Shown: in pieces, positions 25,455 through 37,390 of the stretch
Layout of the letters: each line of letters opens with the position of its first letter
Position numbering within the stretch: the stretch's first letter is position 1
From: Marsupella aquatica
Taxonomy: Eukaryota; Plantae; Marchantiophyta
NCBI GenBank assembly: GCA_973895155.1
Contig: OZ316897.1
Coordinates: 6,461,327-6,525,326, forward strand
DNA length: 64,000 nucleotides
Direction: 5' to 3'
Made by a program: the position numbers and the translations under genes
Notes under the pieces: generated by a model
The model's database searches: none
Seen by the model: the letters and a program-made list of their open reading frames with translations, nothing else
What the model was told of the DNA's origin: nothing

Positions 25455-26930
25455 TCAAAATTTACACTCAAATTGACACAAACACGAATGAAAATTATAA
25501 GTTTGATTCACAAAATTGATGAGTCTTGTTTGTTACGGTTGTTGTTGACGTGGCACAATGTGGTGCCAGGAATTTTGGAAGGGACCTCTAGTGGGGTCCG
25601 TAAAGACTATTTTGAACAATGTGTACAATTGGTGTCTTAAGTTACTTTAGTGATTTCTTTACAAAACTTATTGTTTTAATTGATTTCACTTAGGCAAGTG
25701 AAATTCTGTATCTTATGGGTGTACAACTCTTTACCTTTGTATTTTCCTGTTCATTTTGTTCTTGTCTTTATGGTTTTTGTGTTTAGGGTCACTTTTAATC
25801 AATATTATTTGATTAACATGTATTTCTCATCTTTTGTTTTCTCATACATAAATTAAATGAATTACATATGGCTACAAGAAAAAGGCATGCAATTGTTAAT
25901 TTAAATAAAAAATAAAATTTATCGTAGTATTGTGATTCACACATCAAAATGTATGTTCTGCACTTATTAATTTTAAAAATACAATTAAATAGATAAATAA
26001 GATTTATCAGGAATAATGGGACATGGTTTATGGGGTGCGTTCATTGATTTAATTAGTTCATGGACCCCTTGGCTAATAAAATCAGGGGGAACAGTCGATC
26101 TGAGCCATCTCCATTTCTAATTTCCGGAAATCTCGTCCGTCCATCATAATGGCCAATCTATGGCTCAAAAGAAAGATCTCAAATAGATCTATGGATGGGT
26201 TCTGTCTGTTTTGCAAATGGGTTAATATTTTTCAAATGAAAAATTAAGCAAATTCAAGCCTTCCTAGCCATCAATTTTGTTTATTTTACGATCTTTGTCG
26301 TCCATTTTGTAATGCCTCTAGAAATCTTATTCATCCATGTTAGAAGACAATCTAGGGTGCAAAAGAAAGATCTCAATGAGATCTATGATTGGATATTTTT
26401 TGTTTTGAGAATGAGTAAATAATTTTGAATATAAAATTCAATGAACTTTCAAGATTCTAGCCATTTCTCCTCCCTGATCCTGAGTTTCTATGTGTTTTTC
26501 CCAGCATTAATGACTGTACAATACGAGAGATTTAGGGTTTAGGGTGTATATACCGAAAATTACGGTTTAACAAATAAGTTATCAAATTAATTATTAGTCA
26601 TTATTTATTATATAACAAATACTTTTTATAATCTTTGAATTTAAATTTTAAAATTGAAAATATAATTAAAAAGTATAGTGATAATTTTAATTGTCTTATA
26701 TTTACAATGTTTTTTTTTTTTTTTTGGTCCCAAAATTTACACCCAAATTGATATAAACACGAATAAAAATTATAAATTTGATTCACAAAACAAACAAATA
26801 TTGTTTATTGTCATTGTTATTACGTGCATTTATTTTGATTGTTGTTGACATGGCTATTTTGATTGTTGTTGACATGGCACACTGCGATGCCAAAAAATTT
26901 GAGAGGGACCTCTAATGGGGTCCATAAATA
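25455..26930. repeat. AT-rich degenerate repeat region: dispersed direct repeat (~25455-25605 vs ~26730-26930, each ending in a GGACCTCTARTGGGGTCC hairpin) enclosing a ~190-bp tandem pair (~26165-26465)
   Basis: Shared aaaatttacac.caaattga.a.aaacacgaat.aaaattataa.tttgattcacaaaa and gttgttgac.tggcaca..g..gtgcca...gggacctcta.tggggtcc.taaa; aaaagaaagatctcaa..agatctatg occurs at ~26167 and ~26361. Confidence 0.6.
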
Positions 26931-29055
26931 AAATGATTTTGAAGAAAATAACATTTATCCAGTATGGAGGTGCTGACATCATGTCATATTTTGACAGATG
27001 TCAAAATAATTTGAAGTAAATCTGGCATGGAATAAAATGTCACATCGTGTCATATTTTGAGTTACCCGGACCATCCAGTATTGTTACTTCAATGAAGACA
27101 GGTTTTACATGTTGTCGAAATTTTGACATGGTCATTTTTGTTCCAATGCTACACTTCAGTTTGGAAACTGAGTTCAAACTGAAGTTTTTACGGAAACGTG
27201 CTGCACAAACCTCGATTGCTCGATTGTGGGCATAAGTAAATTCAAAATATGGAGGTAAGATGCTCGTTTCATACATGAAATATTGCCAATGATATGTCCG
27301 CTGGAAAACTGTTTAAAGACTTCGTTCTCCAAGGTGAATCTTACGAGACTTGCAATATTAATTTATCGATCGGTACGAAGTTGAATTAATTTATCAATCA
27401 AATAATTCGCAGTTGAATGGGTAATTAAAAGGGCCAGACTCGTAGCAACCTGTCGGTTGCCCCTTGGGGTCCCGATTAGCGCGTGGGGGCCTTTCAGGAA
27501 TTGTATGCATTTGGCCGAGCACTGTGTTTGGTGTATATTTAGTATCAAATACCAACTTCAGATGCGTCATGATGCAAATATGCTTCGTGTACATAAGTTG
27601 TAGCCGATAAGTACACATTGTGGTCTCATATCTATGCTGACTGTCCGTATCTATCATGACTGTCCGAGTAAAATAATCGGAGAAAAGTTCCACAGATTAA
27701 CTATCACTACGAATGAAGTGAAATAATGGATTGGGCTATGCAATCTTTGAACCCGCTGCTATGATTTCACTCTATTTCGCCACACGAATGAGCTTATGCC
27801 CCCATTTCTGTGGGCCAAAACTGTTCCACCTTCCAACGACAATCTATAGCTAAAATCCTCCCCGGCTAGGAAGCCTGGGATTATGTGACGAGCACAAAAT
27901 CGTGAGGAGCACCAGGTTAACTAAGTATGTTCTTACTGACCATCAATCATTACGTGGTCACTACGTACAGTAATGGAAGACCACATGGGAACCTACTTGG
28001 TGCAACCCTACTTGGCGCAATTTTCCGTAACAGCCACCGTCCCAGATGAAGGAAAGCACCATAAGGATTGCATTCTTGGGTTCTCAACGGCTCGATAAGT
28101 TCAATGAATGAAAACATTCTGAGAAGTTTCGATTCTGAAAAATGTCAAAAGGGATTTTCCATTCGACAGGTAACACCTCGGCGGCGCTGGCAAAAGACCT
28201 GCAGAAAGGTGACTGCTTACGTACAAAGCCCTAATGCCACATTTTAGGGCCTTACATTGATCTAGGGACAAAATCATAAAACACAGCAAACAGATTAGAT
28301 GGTAGACATTAGTGAAGGTCCTTTATGCGAGATTCGCGTTCACCAATGCTCCAAGCTCGCCACGTCAATCGGTGATGTCCTGCAACTTCTCTTTAAGGTT
28401 CACGTTAACCCGACCTCGCCACGCCAATGAGTGACACATCTTGGAACTTTCATGGAGCCCTACCTCCTCAATATGACGGAAGGTCACATGTGAAAAATTG
28501 ATACATCCCATCGCTCCGCTCTAAAGAATTGGCCAGGCGCGGTGGAGCCTCGTTGACCCTTACATCATGACCGGTTCCACCATTGCAAAACTTGGCCTAA
28601 CCTACGTAAGTATAACCCTGCTGTTTGTTTCACTGATCCTGCCGGACCGGGAATCATCCAACACAACTTACATGTCAAAACTTCAGAAGCACAATGCTCT
28701 GCAAAACTTCAGCACAACATCTCTAAACAAGGCCAATCAAGTCATCCCTAAATTTGTAGCAAACCGCGTGTTGACCGTGATCATGCTCGTCTGCTAGTTC
28801 TCCTCATTATCCTGTGACACCACATTCAAAACTGGACTGATTCCAGCAATGACGGGGAAGCAAAGGAACAGAACCCGGCGATTCCTAAGGGGATCCACCA
28901 ACCAGCGATGGACTCCGAGAACTAGCAGAACTGAGCCAGTTGAGTATCTCGAAGCAATCAAGTCCTTCTGTAGTGAGCATCAATTGAAGAGGCCATCAAT
29001 ATTCCCCTCTGTAAAACTGCAGGGATTTAGCGAATAGAGCCGAGTTCGTGGCTCG

Positions 29056-29640
29056 TCAAAGGCTAAATTTGTAGCTACAGCTGAAACCTCCCACGCTTTG
29101 GGTCTGCGCAAGTACGTTCAAGTTACAACTAGATACAGAGGTCGCATGATGCTTGACAATCGTGGCCACATCGATTTCACCCATAAGGGTTGTCTGAACT
29201 ACCAGAGGGATGGTCCCTGATTGAACGTCGCCCGGGAGACTCGGGTTTCCAAGAAAACCGCCGGGGTTAGCGCTAACTTGGGTGGAAATTGTTGTCGTCG
29301 ATTCTGCTTTCACTTCCCCAGCTGGGACCGGAGCTGACCCGACATTCACTCCATGATAGTAGATGTACGCGGTACTCGAATCGTACTTAAAGCTGGCGTG
29401 GTTTCGATTCTTCACGGCAACCACTATGTTCAGGATGAAGCTCAACTGCGGTCCGGTGTTCAGGAACGTAAGGCTAAAACTCATCACCTGGACAGACCGG
29501 ACTGTGATCTCGGGGTCCCTGACTCTGAAAACAGTCAATGCCAGTACTACTATAACAATGATCACAACCAGCAGAGCGATCAGTATCACCGCGCAGCACA
29601 CCTTCCCACTATTGCCATCCCGATACTGTTTATCGCCCAT
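29056..29640 (-). CDS. LEA_2 / NDR1-HIN1-like (NHL) type II membrane protein, 194 aa, single coding exon
   Basis: Cys-preceded N-terminal TM helix (KVCCAVILIALLVVIIVIVVLALTVFRVRDPEITV), then NRNHASFKY..YHGVNVG..VPAG LEA_2 signature and a C-terminal SSCNLNV...C; ATG to stop intact. Confidence 0.9.
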   Translation of the reverse strand: MGDKQYRDGNSGKVCCAVILIALLVVIIVIVVLALTVFRVRDPEITVRSVQVMSFSLTFLNTGPQLSFILNIVVAVKNRNHASFKYDSSTAYIYYHGVNVGSAPVPAGEVKAESTTTISTQVSANPGGFLGNPSLPGDVQSGTIPLVVQTTLMGEIDVATIVKHHATSVSSCNLNVLAQTQSVGGFSCSYKFSL

Positions 29641-32600
29641 TTCTACTATCCTTGCTACAGTAGCTAGCCAAGGAAAGTTAAACGAAATGCCAAATGCCGG
29701 CGTACGTCGACAGGTCGTTCAGCAGCTTCAAATGCCTGTCAGCCTGTGACAATGTGAGAGAGATCGAGCCAGTGAGTAAAACTAAGTGCTGAACTTGGCG
29801 CGTATCGAGCTAATTAGAGCAGCCAATCAGCTGAGACTGATCAAACAGGGCTATGATTGCTGGCCAGAGGACCAAGGACAGAGCAATCCTACGTGTGCGG
29901 AGAGACAATCCCCTAGGAATTGCTCAAATCTAGTTAGCACTTGGCCAGAAAGTAAAGCTGCAATGAAAGATGATGCGTAATTGACTTGACGTTTGAGCAG
30001 TTTCTGGTGAAATGAATTCACCGAGGAAGACCAGCCCGTGACAAAACACAGATCAAGCCAAAGTGAGAAACGTCCACTGACAAATGCCATACATAGTGAA
30101 CCCCATCTCTGGAACCTGCTCAGGGACTGTGAGCGGTGTGATTACACTACATATCCAGAGCCTGTCAAAGACATAGGAAAGTCTGTCGTAGAGAAGGTCT
30201 CGAGGTACATTGCACACGCATAGTGAAAAATGTGGACAGCGCAGACTCTTTCAATGTCTTACTTGAGAACACCGACATAATGAGCCCCTCTTGGATACTC
30301 GACCACAATGACCCGAAAATTTGCTATCGACGCACAATTCTGTGCCTAACCGGCACCAGAGAGTGAAAATGTCGGTTAGAAAGCTTTGATAACAAGGATA
30401 GCTTACGTCCGAACGAACTGACGAGAATTGATTACCAGGGAGACAGGTCATGCATCCGTTCGCTCTCCGCGTAATGTGACATACATGACATTACAAAAGC
30501 GACCTTTTAACAATCGCAGACATGTGACTGAGACAACGAAATAAACAAAGCCACGGCCCTCCAATCGCAGGTTCTTGAACAACTGGCTCTCGATTGAAAG
30601 CCTCTAGTCATGAAATGGGCAAATATTGTGAGCAACACTTAGAGCAACGACAACTACCAACACCGTGAAATTCCCTCAGACGACGCACAGCCAAAATTGT
30701 GCTCTTCATGGATCCACGACACCCATGGAAACCCCCACCCCCGATCAATGAGAGACCCGTCCGAGATTGTTAGAACGACTGCGAATGGTGAACAGATACT
30801 CACCCGACTGGCAACGCGAAGCTTAACGTGTCGTAGTAGTCCCTACTCCACTCCTCTTCAACGTACTTCAACCACTCGCAAACCGTGGAATGGGTACAGT
30901 ACTCTGCAGCTCGACGCCAACAGCGATTTGATGCACTGAGATCAGGGCATCTCGATATACCTTATTAGTCAGCACATCGAAGTGACTGTTCCCTTGCTGC
31001 AGGATCGATCGAACCAGAGTCGTTGCAAAGCAACGGGAACAAACGACCAGTAAGATATGAGCTGACTTGGGATTAATGGGCTGCCAATGAGCAGCAGCAG
31101 CAGCGGCGGCAGCATGCAGCCTATCGCGCGGCGGGTCAGCAATTCTGCATGAATCTCAGCAGAGCACGGCAAAATATAATTTGTCCTCCGCTGGGGCTCA
31201 AGCTGTGCGGGCCGAGGGATCCCCACCCCGCACACAGGAGTACAGGACGGTAGCTACTTTGAAGGAGGAACCGAGAGGCCGTGTCGGGACCGGAATCGAA
31301 ATGAGTGACAGAGTGAGGGACGATCCTCTCAGGCCGTCCCACACGATAGACATTACTGATTACTCAACGAGTACAGTACTATGTACAAACACGACAGATG
31401 TAGAGTAGTGGGGGCATCCCAACGCTTTGCCGTAGGGTTTTCGCTCAACAGAACGAGGGCTAAACATTGAATTGCTTTTTGGATAAGCTCCCCCCAAGAA
31501 TAGATTTTCGGCCTTCGTTTCTGTAACGGTCACATAAATTGTCTCATTTTCGAGGATAGGTATTTTCGGTCAGACCATTGACAGGAGCGAGATTGTACTA
31601 TTACAATGTACTCGCAAAGGAAGTGCTTTTTCTGTAGTGAAAGACTACAGCGCGCCGAATGTTTTGGAGTTGATAAATTCACTTGCCTAACTATGCGTTC
31701 CTTGAAAATAAGCACAGATGAAACCAAAAAATATCTTGAAAATTTTTCTAATTAATATTCTACCTTCATTTTTAATTTCATCCTTGTTTTCTGAAACCAA
31801 AGCCCGGATGGACTTGAAAGTTGTCTCCCATCATCCCCATGGACTATGACACATAAATTAAATATTTTACAGAAAATCTAGGTAATCAATGTTTCAATTA
31901 ATAGATTACCTACATTTCAAGTAAGTTAGGAGACTCGGTACACTTGAACTGAAATTATGTATTGAATGAAAAAAAAGTTTACATTTAGTATTGTATTTGA
32001 AATTTTTGAGACCTCCGCAACGGCAAAGTATTGGAAGCGCTTATTGTAACAAAAGTAGCACTCTTATAAAAATATCATTTCTTGGAGCTTTGCAGTGGAA
32101 AATTAATTGAAGTGCTCTTCGTGAAAGAGCAATGCTCTATGAAAAATAAGATTTCTCAACAACACTCATTGATTAAAATCTGAGATAGCTTTGTTGCAGC
32201 AAAATAAGTCAAACCTCTCCTTAACACAAGAGCAACACTCTATGGAAAATACAATTCCGTCTCAAAAGCAATGCTCTACGAAAATCAAGATTCACACACA
32301 ATTTTCCTAGTGGAAATTGTTATATTGGTTCACAGGGATTGTGTTGCTTGTTTCCCCCTTTGTGGGATTTTTGCAATCTATGTATTATAAACAATCATAA
32401 AAATATTCTTAAAGAAAAATTGAATAATTTTGCTTTTGCTCATTGAACAAACTACTTGAGGGGCTAGAGTAAATTGTGAAGAGCTTAGTCTATATATTTT
32501 ATTACCATAAAGGTCAGATAAGGCATACAAATACCTAAACATACCTTACACATTTTTATTTTTGAATTCTAAAAAAATGGTTAAAGTGACTAGCTTGAGG

Positions 32601-33208
32601 GAAAAGGATATTAAGAGAATACAATGAGGCCTGCTGATCTGGTTGGTACATGGTATATTTGGACAAAAATGGACAGATGTGGTACTTTGACAAGGTACTT
32701 TTGGACAGGTGAACAAAAGTGATGATCTGACATGGTATTTTTGGACACAAGTGTAACAAATAGTATCCAAGCATGTATGTTTGTTTGAGTCAAGTCCATC
32801 CAAGTTTGGTTTGTCCATGGAGGCTTCATAGACAACGTATCAGTCCATCCTGACTTTAAGTTCTTGTTTTCTGTTATGCGCACTTTCAGTTATCCCATTA
32901 GAGCCCCGGTGTATAGGTTTCATTCTAGACAAGGAGGTGTTGATAGCAACCTAGTAGTAAGATATGACTTGGGAATTTTTTTTATGTATGTTTGTGGGGT
33001 TTTTAAATGATCATGGCCTGGAAGTTTTTTTGAGGACGTGAATGATTAGCTTTTGGCCTGGTCAAATTTGGAGAGGAAAAATGATGGGCGAAACAAAGTA
33101 CAATGAACTAAAAGCAAAGGAGGGAGAGAAAGTGCAATCACCACAGCCAAAGAAACGACCAAAGTAAGCTCGAAAATGTACAAAAACGAAAAAATAAGAG
33201 AGACAACT

Positions 33209-33340
33209 TTACCACTGCAATAATGTGATAAACTAATAATTCACATCTAGTATCCTAGTGACTGTGATCAGATAATTACCACTGCAATAATGTGATAACC
33301 TAATAATTCACATCTAGTATCCTAGTCTGATCAGATAATA
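33209..33340. repeat. Tandem duplication, ~67-bp unit x2
   Basis: taccactgcaataatgtgataa.ctaataattcacatctagtatcctagt..tgatcagataat occurs twice. Confidence 0.9.
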
Positions 33341-33759
33341 GTATACATGCAGACCTATTTGACGTCCCCTTGTGGGGCATCCCCACTGTGACAGACGACA
33401 CTAAAAACCTTACTACTTTGCTTGGTAGCAAACTGAAAAGGAGGTGAAATAGTGTGACGATCTAAAGGTATACTTTGGTATTGGATGCAACGTGCTCTCA
33501 AAATAAAAAATACAATTTGGATAGCTGTTCATGTGGATTACATGGTTCATCTGAGCATATTGTCAATCATAGGAATCTATGGGAGCTCAAATTCGTAAGA
33601 GGGAGACCCAATAAATAGTAACATAAAATTACATAACTGTGTACCTTTACAACTCACTGCTTAACAAGAAAACCTTTTAGTTCAAAGCTGGCCAGCACTA
33701 TGACCAACCAAAGCTAAGACTATTAATTTCCACGCATACTTGAACAAAACAATATTGTG

Positions 33760-36700
33760 TCAAGAATTTATGCATTCAGGAGGCAATTTTGGATAGCGTC
33801 TAACATCTGTGCAATAGTTGTAGATCATGTAGCGCTTGTGGATGTACTTGAGTTGTGCCATTTGGGTGCCAGTAAGGCTCCAAAAGTGAGGTTGATCCCA
33901 CCACAGCCCCTGGCTTGGGCTTCGGGAACATGTCATTTCACCAACTGGGCATCCTTCTACCAAGATATCACGAAGAGTGATTCTGAATGGGGCATGTCGC
34001 CAATCAATCTTTACCTTGCCACCTTTTGTGACCCAATCATCTGCATTGTAAATGGTTGCAAAAAGCCTCATGGGATTATAGACATAGGGAACTTGTAAGC
34101 GATTATCATTGGGGAAAATCCGAATTATTGTGGAATCCACCAAAAATCTACACCACATTGCAAAAAGTCATATAAATTGATGAGTATGTGGTATCCCCTT
34201 ATAGAGACTTTTAAAGACACTCAATATTGAATACCAACTTTCCAAATTAACGATTGCAGTAATCGATTGACTTGTTAGGGATTCTAGTATAGATAGCAAG
34301 CCTTGCATGCATGTGTAAAAAAATCTAGGACATCACCCCGCTAAGTTTTGGTATTTTTAATTTTTATTTCCTTGGTAATAGTGGGAGACGCTTTTACGTT
34401 TTTCCATTATTTGTACTAACATATTTAAACTACCAACTATTCAAGAGGTGTTTGGTATGAGTATCTTACAACATACCCGTCAGCAAAGATATAATTAATC
34501 GTTACAATTTAATCATTTTTTTCTTGTCAGTATCTCTTAACAATATAAAGTTTCCTGTGGCCACTTCATACCATGCTAAACCCAAATATATTCTTTAAAT
34601 CACTGTATTTTTTATGTTCAATCAGTGGAGTGCTTGTGCTACCTGAGCTCGACAAATGCATGCATACTTTACACTTCATGGTCTGTAATTATTAGAACTA
34701 GTTGTTACTCACATTCTCATTGAAACATTATTTTTACATTAATAATCAATTTATATTGTTTAGTGCTTATGCATATGACATCAGACATTAATTCAACCCG
34801 TTAAGATAGAATATATACTCTGGCACAATAGCTACTGTAGTCATTGTGTAGGATGAACCAACTATACTATATCGGAGTCAAAGTGTAAGCTATACGATAT
34901 TGCAGTCACAGGTGTATACAGGAGAGAACTGATTTGTTACTACTTTATTTCTTCCGCTCTTAGAGGTAGTTTGGTAGGTGGGATACGATGTGATTCACCC
35001 CACTAGTTTTGCTACTTTTTGCTCGATGATGAAACAATATTGTAACAAAGGACATGCAACCACAGATCTTGTAGATTTGGACCACTAGTTTCTGACCTTG
35101 GTGACTTGAGGTTCCAAATCAGACGACTGATTTAAATCACAAAAATCATTGAAACTACTTTTCATGCAGAGACTATAATTCTCTAATGGGAAACAAATCC
35201 GGTATTGCACCGGAATCACACGGGTTTGGACGGGATGAAATGTACAGCAAAACATTCGGGGTGGAAATTAGACGTGTACATGATGATATGGCGATTCCAG
35301 AGGAAGGAATACTGGTGGAAATCGGCCGTTGGGTCGAACCAGAGAGAGATTCGTTGCTCGCGCCCAAAGCTGTTGGCTGCGAAGACGTTGGTCTGGAGTG
35401 CGTAAGGCTGCCCGCTGGAGTTGCCCAGGAACTCGAAGTCAAGCTCGTCGTGCACCGGCGACGTATCGGTCGTCTTCAACTAATCACACGAACATTTTAA
35501 TTCGACACGACACGTCAGAACCATGGATTGGAGTTGGTTTGTTCTGAGGCCAATTAAATCAGAATGATATAAGTGCGCGTCCATTCGCATCGTAAGTTGA
35601 ATTGTTGATCCTGTTCTTCGTATCTGTAGAGGCTTAACAAATCAGTTAGCGCTCATTATCTATGACTCAAGTTTGCAGGATTAGTGATCATTGGTTGTTG
35701 ATAGTGGTGCCCAAGGTACGATAGATTCCAGCACGATGGTGCTCCAGGCAAGCGAGTTGGCTGTCCGGCGTGCCTAGTACATCCATGCCGCGTGTGTATC
35801 GTGCTGGATGGCCGGTAGCCCTCACGGTAGCCAGATCGAGAAAACTCCACAAATTCATTGTTGGAAAACTCCATTAATTATCTACGATGCATAGCGAGTT
35901 CTCCGTACACAACAGACCATTCCATATGGTATGTTTGGCCTGCTCGAGGGCTGCAATGTTGCGCAGAAAGAAGCATGCCGCTCCTTTGGAAGATGTTATC
36001 TACCTCATAGGGTGCAGAAATTACCTATCTACGGACACACCTTACACTAGTAAACTATTTTGCCCGATATATTGGCCCGACGAAATCGCCCTACCAAATT
36101 TTAGTAAATGTTGTTTAAAACATGAGTCATGAAAAGGACAAGCGGAGTTGAAGGCGGGGAAGAAACAATTTGAGGAAGAATACTCACGTAAAAGGTAGCG
36201 AGAGTGCCAGCTGAGTCACCCGCAACAAGCTTGATTTGAGCACTAAAGTAACCATATAAGTATTTTTTGTTTGTTCCAATCGCCGATCCTGCACGAGGGA
36301 TATCAAATATAAGCGGGTCGGCTACTTCCACTTTCAATTTCACTTTCACATCAAAATCATAGTAATTAGCGAAGCATATTAGCATTCCAATGCGGAGGTA
36401 AGACGATTCCTATCCTGGCTGTCATCGATTCTAAGACAAATTTGCGTCACGTCATCTACTGCAATCCTGTATAAAGTCGATCCTTTTAACCAAATTAAGT
36501 TGCACTCTAGAGCCACTGAGATCATTAATCGTAGAAGATTTATATTGCGTAAGCTACGGATAGCTTTCCAATGTGCTCTTAGAATGAGAGGAAAACCAGC
36601 GACAACTACAGTGACTCATGTAACTTTCATCCAGTTCTAACCGACTAATCTCAAATGAGTAATTCGAATCCCCGGGCCCAAGAATCCACTTTGATAAAAT

Positions 36701-37390
36701 TGCTCTTTCTGTATCTGAATGAGAAGAAAACCAGCGACAACTTCAGTGACTCATGTAACTTTCATCCAGTTCTAACCGAGTAATCTCAAATGAGTAATTC
36801 GAATCCCCGGGCCCAATAATCCTCTTTTATAAATTTTGCTCTTTCTGTGTCTGAAATTATATGAGCCTTGTGCCAGGGGAGCAACATAAGTACTCAGGTC
36901 CGCTATATGCAGAAGCTAACTGGATGGTTAATCTGTCGGACATGCTGAATGTACATATGACTGCAAGTTCATCAACTGTAACTGAAGGCTATCTGGTTCG
37001 GCAAAAGGACACTAATTGATAAACTTCAAGCGCCAATATGTGAAGGGTATCTGGTTCGGAAAGGACACTACTAATTGATAAACTTCAAGCGCCAATATAA
37101 CAGATTAATTCTAGATGACTTTGCTTTAGAATACCTGGTTGAATGTGGCTTAGTTTTCGAAAATTCAAAACCTTATAATAAGTACCTGAGTTGTAGTCCA
37201 GACTGAGTTGGATAGTTCGTCCGTCATCGGGAGACTCCACATTCCGATTAGACCACGTCACGTAAAAGTCGGAACCAATTTTGTTACCAATGCATCGGTA
37301 ACAATTATTGTCGGCTGTGCACATGGTTATCAATGTTCCTAACCAGAACAGAACTAGTGTGCAACTGCTGCTCCGGCTGGGATTCGCCAT
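33760..37390 (-). CDS. XTH: Xyloglucan endotransglucosylase/hydrolase (GH16 + XET_C), 4 exons, 297 aa
   Basis: Exons 37186-37390, 36188-36288, 35280-35479 and 33760-34147 total 894 nt in frame with GT-AG introns. Signal peptide, catalytic [49 protein letters not shown] and C-terminal [10 protein letters not shown]...PPEC; typical XTH intron positions. Confidence 0.95.
36583..36855. repeat. Tandem duplication (~136-bp unit x2) in XTH intron 1; a second ~60-bp x2 duplication lies at ~36982-37098
   Basis: gaatgaga.gaaaaccagcgacaact.cagtgactcatgtaactttcatccagttctaaccga.taatctcaaatgagtaattcgaatccccgggccca occurs twice; tgaagg.tatctggttcgg..aaggacact..aattgataaacttcaagcgccaatat occurs twice. Confidence 0.9.

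Noticed and set aside
26531-26545. TTTAGGGTTTAGGG telomere-like motif (a similar one at ~63910)
   Set aside because: Only about two units, so a telo-box or chance match rather than an interstitial telomere array.
32040-32770. Short iterated motifs (AGCAATGCTCTA.GAAAA; GACA.GGTA.TTTTGGACA) in AT-rich DNA
   Set aside because: Probably decayed TE subterminal repeats, but no termini or TSD could be defined.
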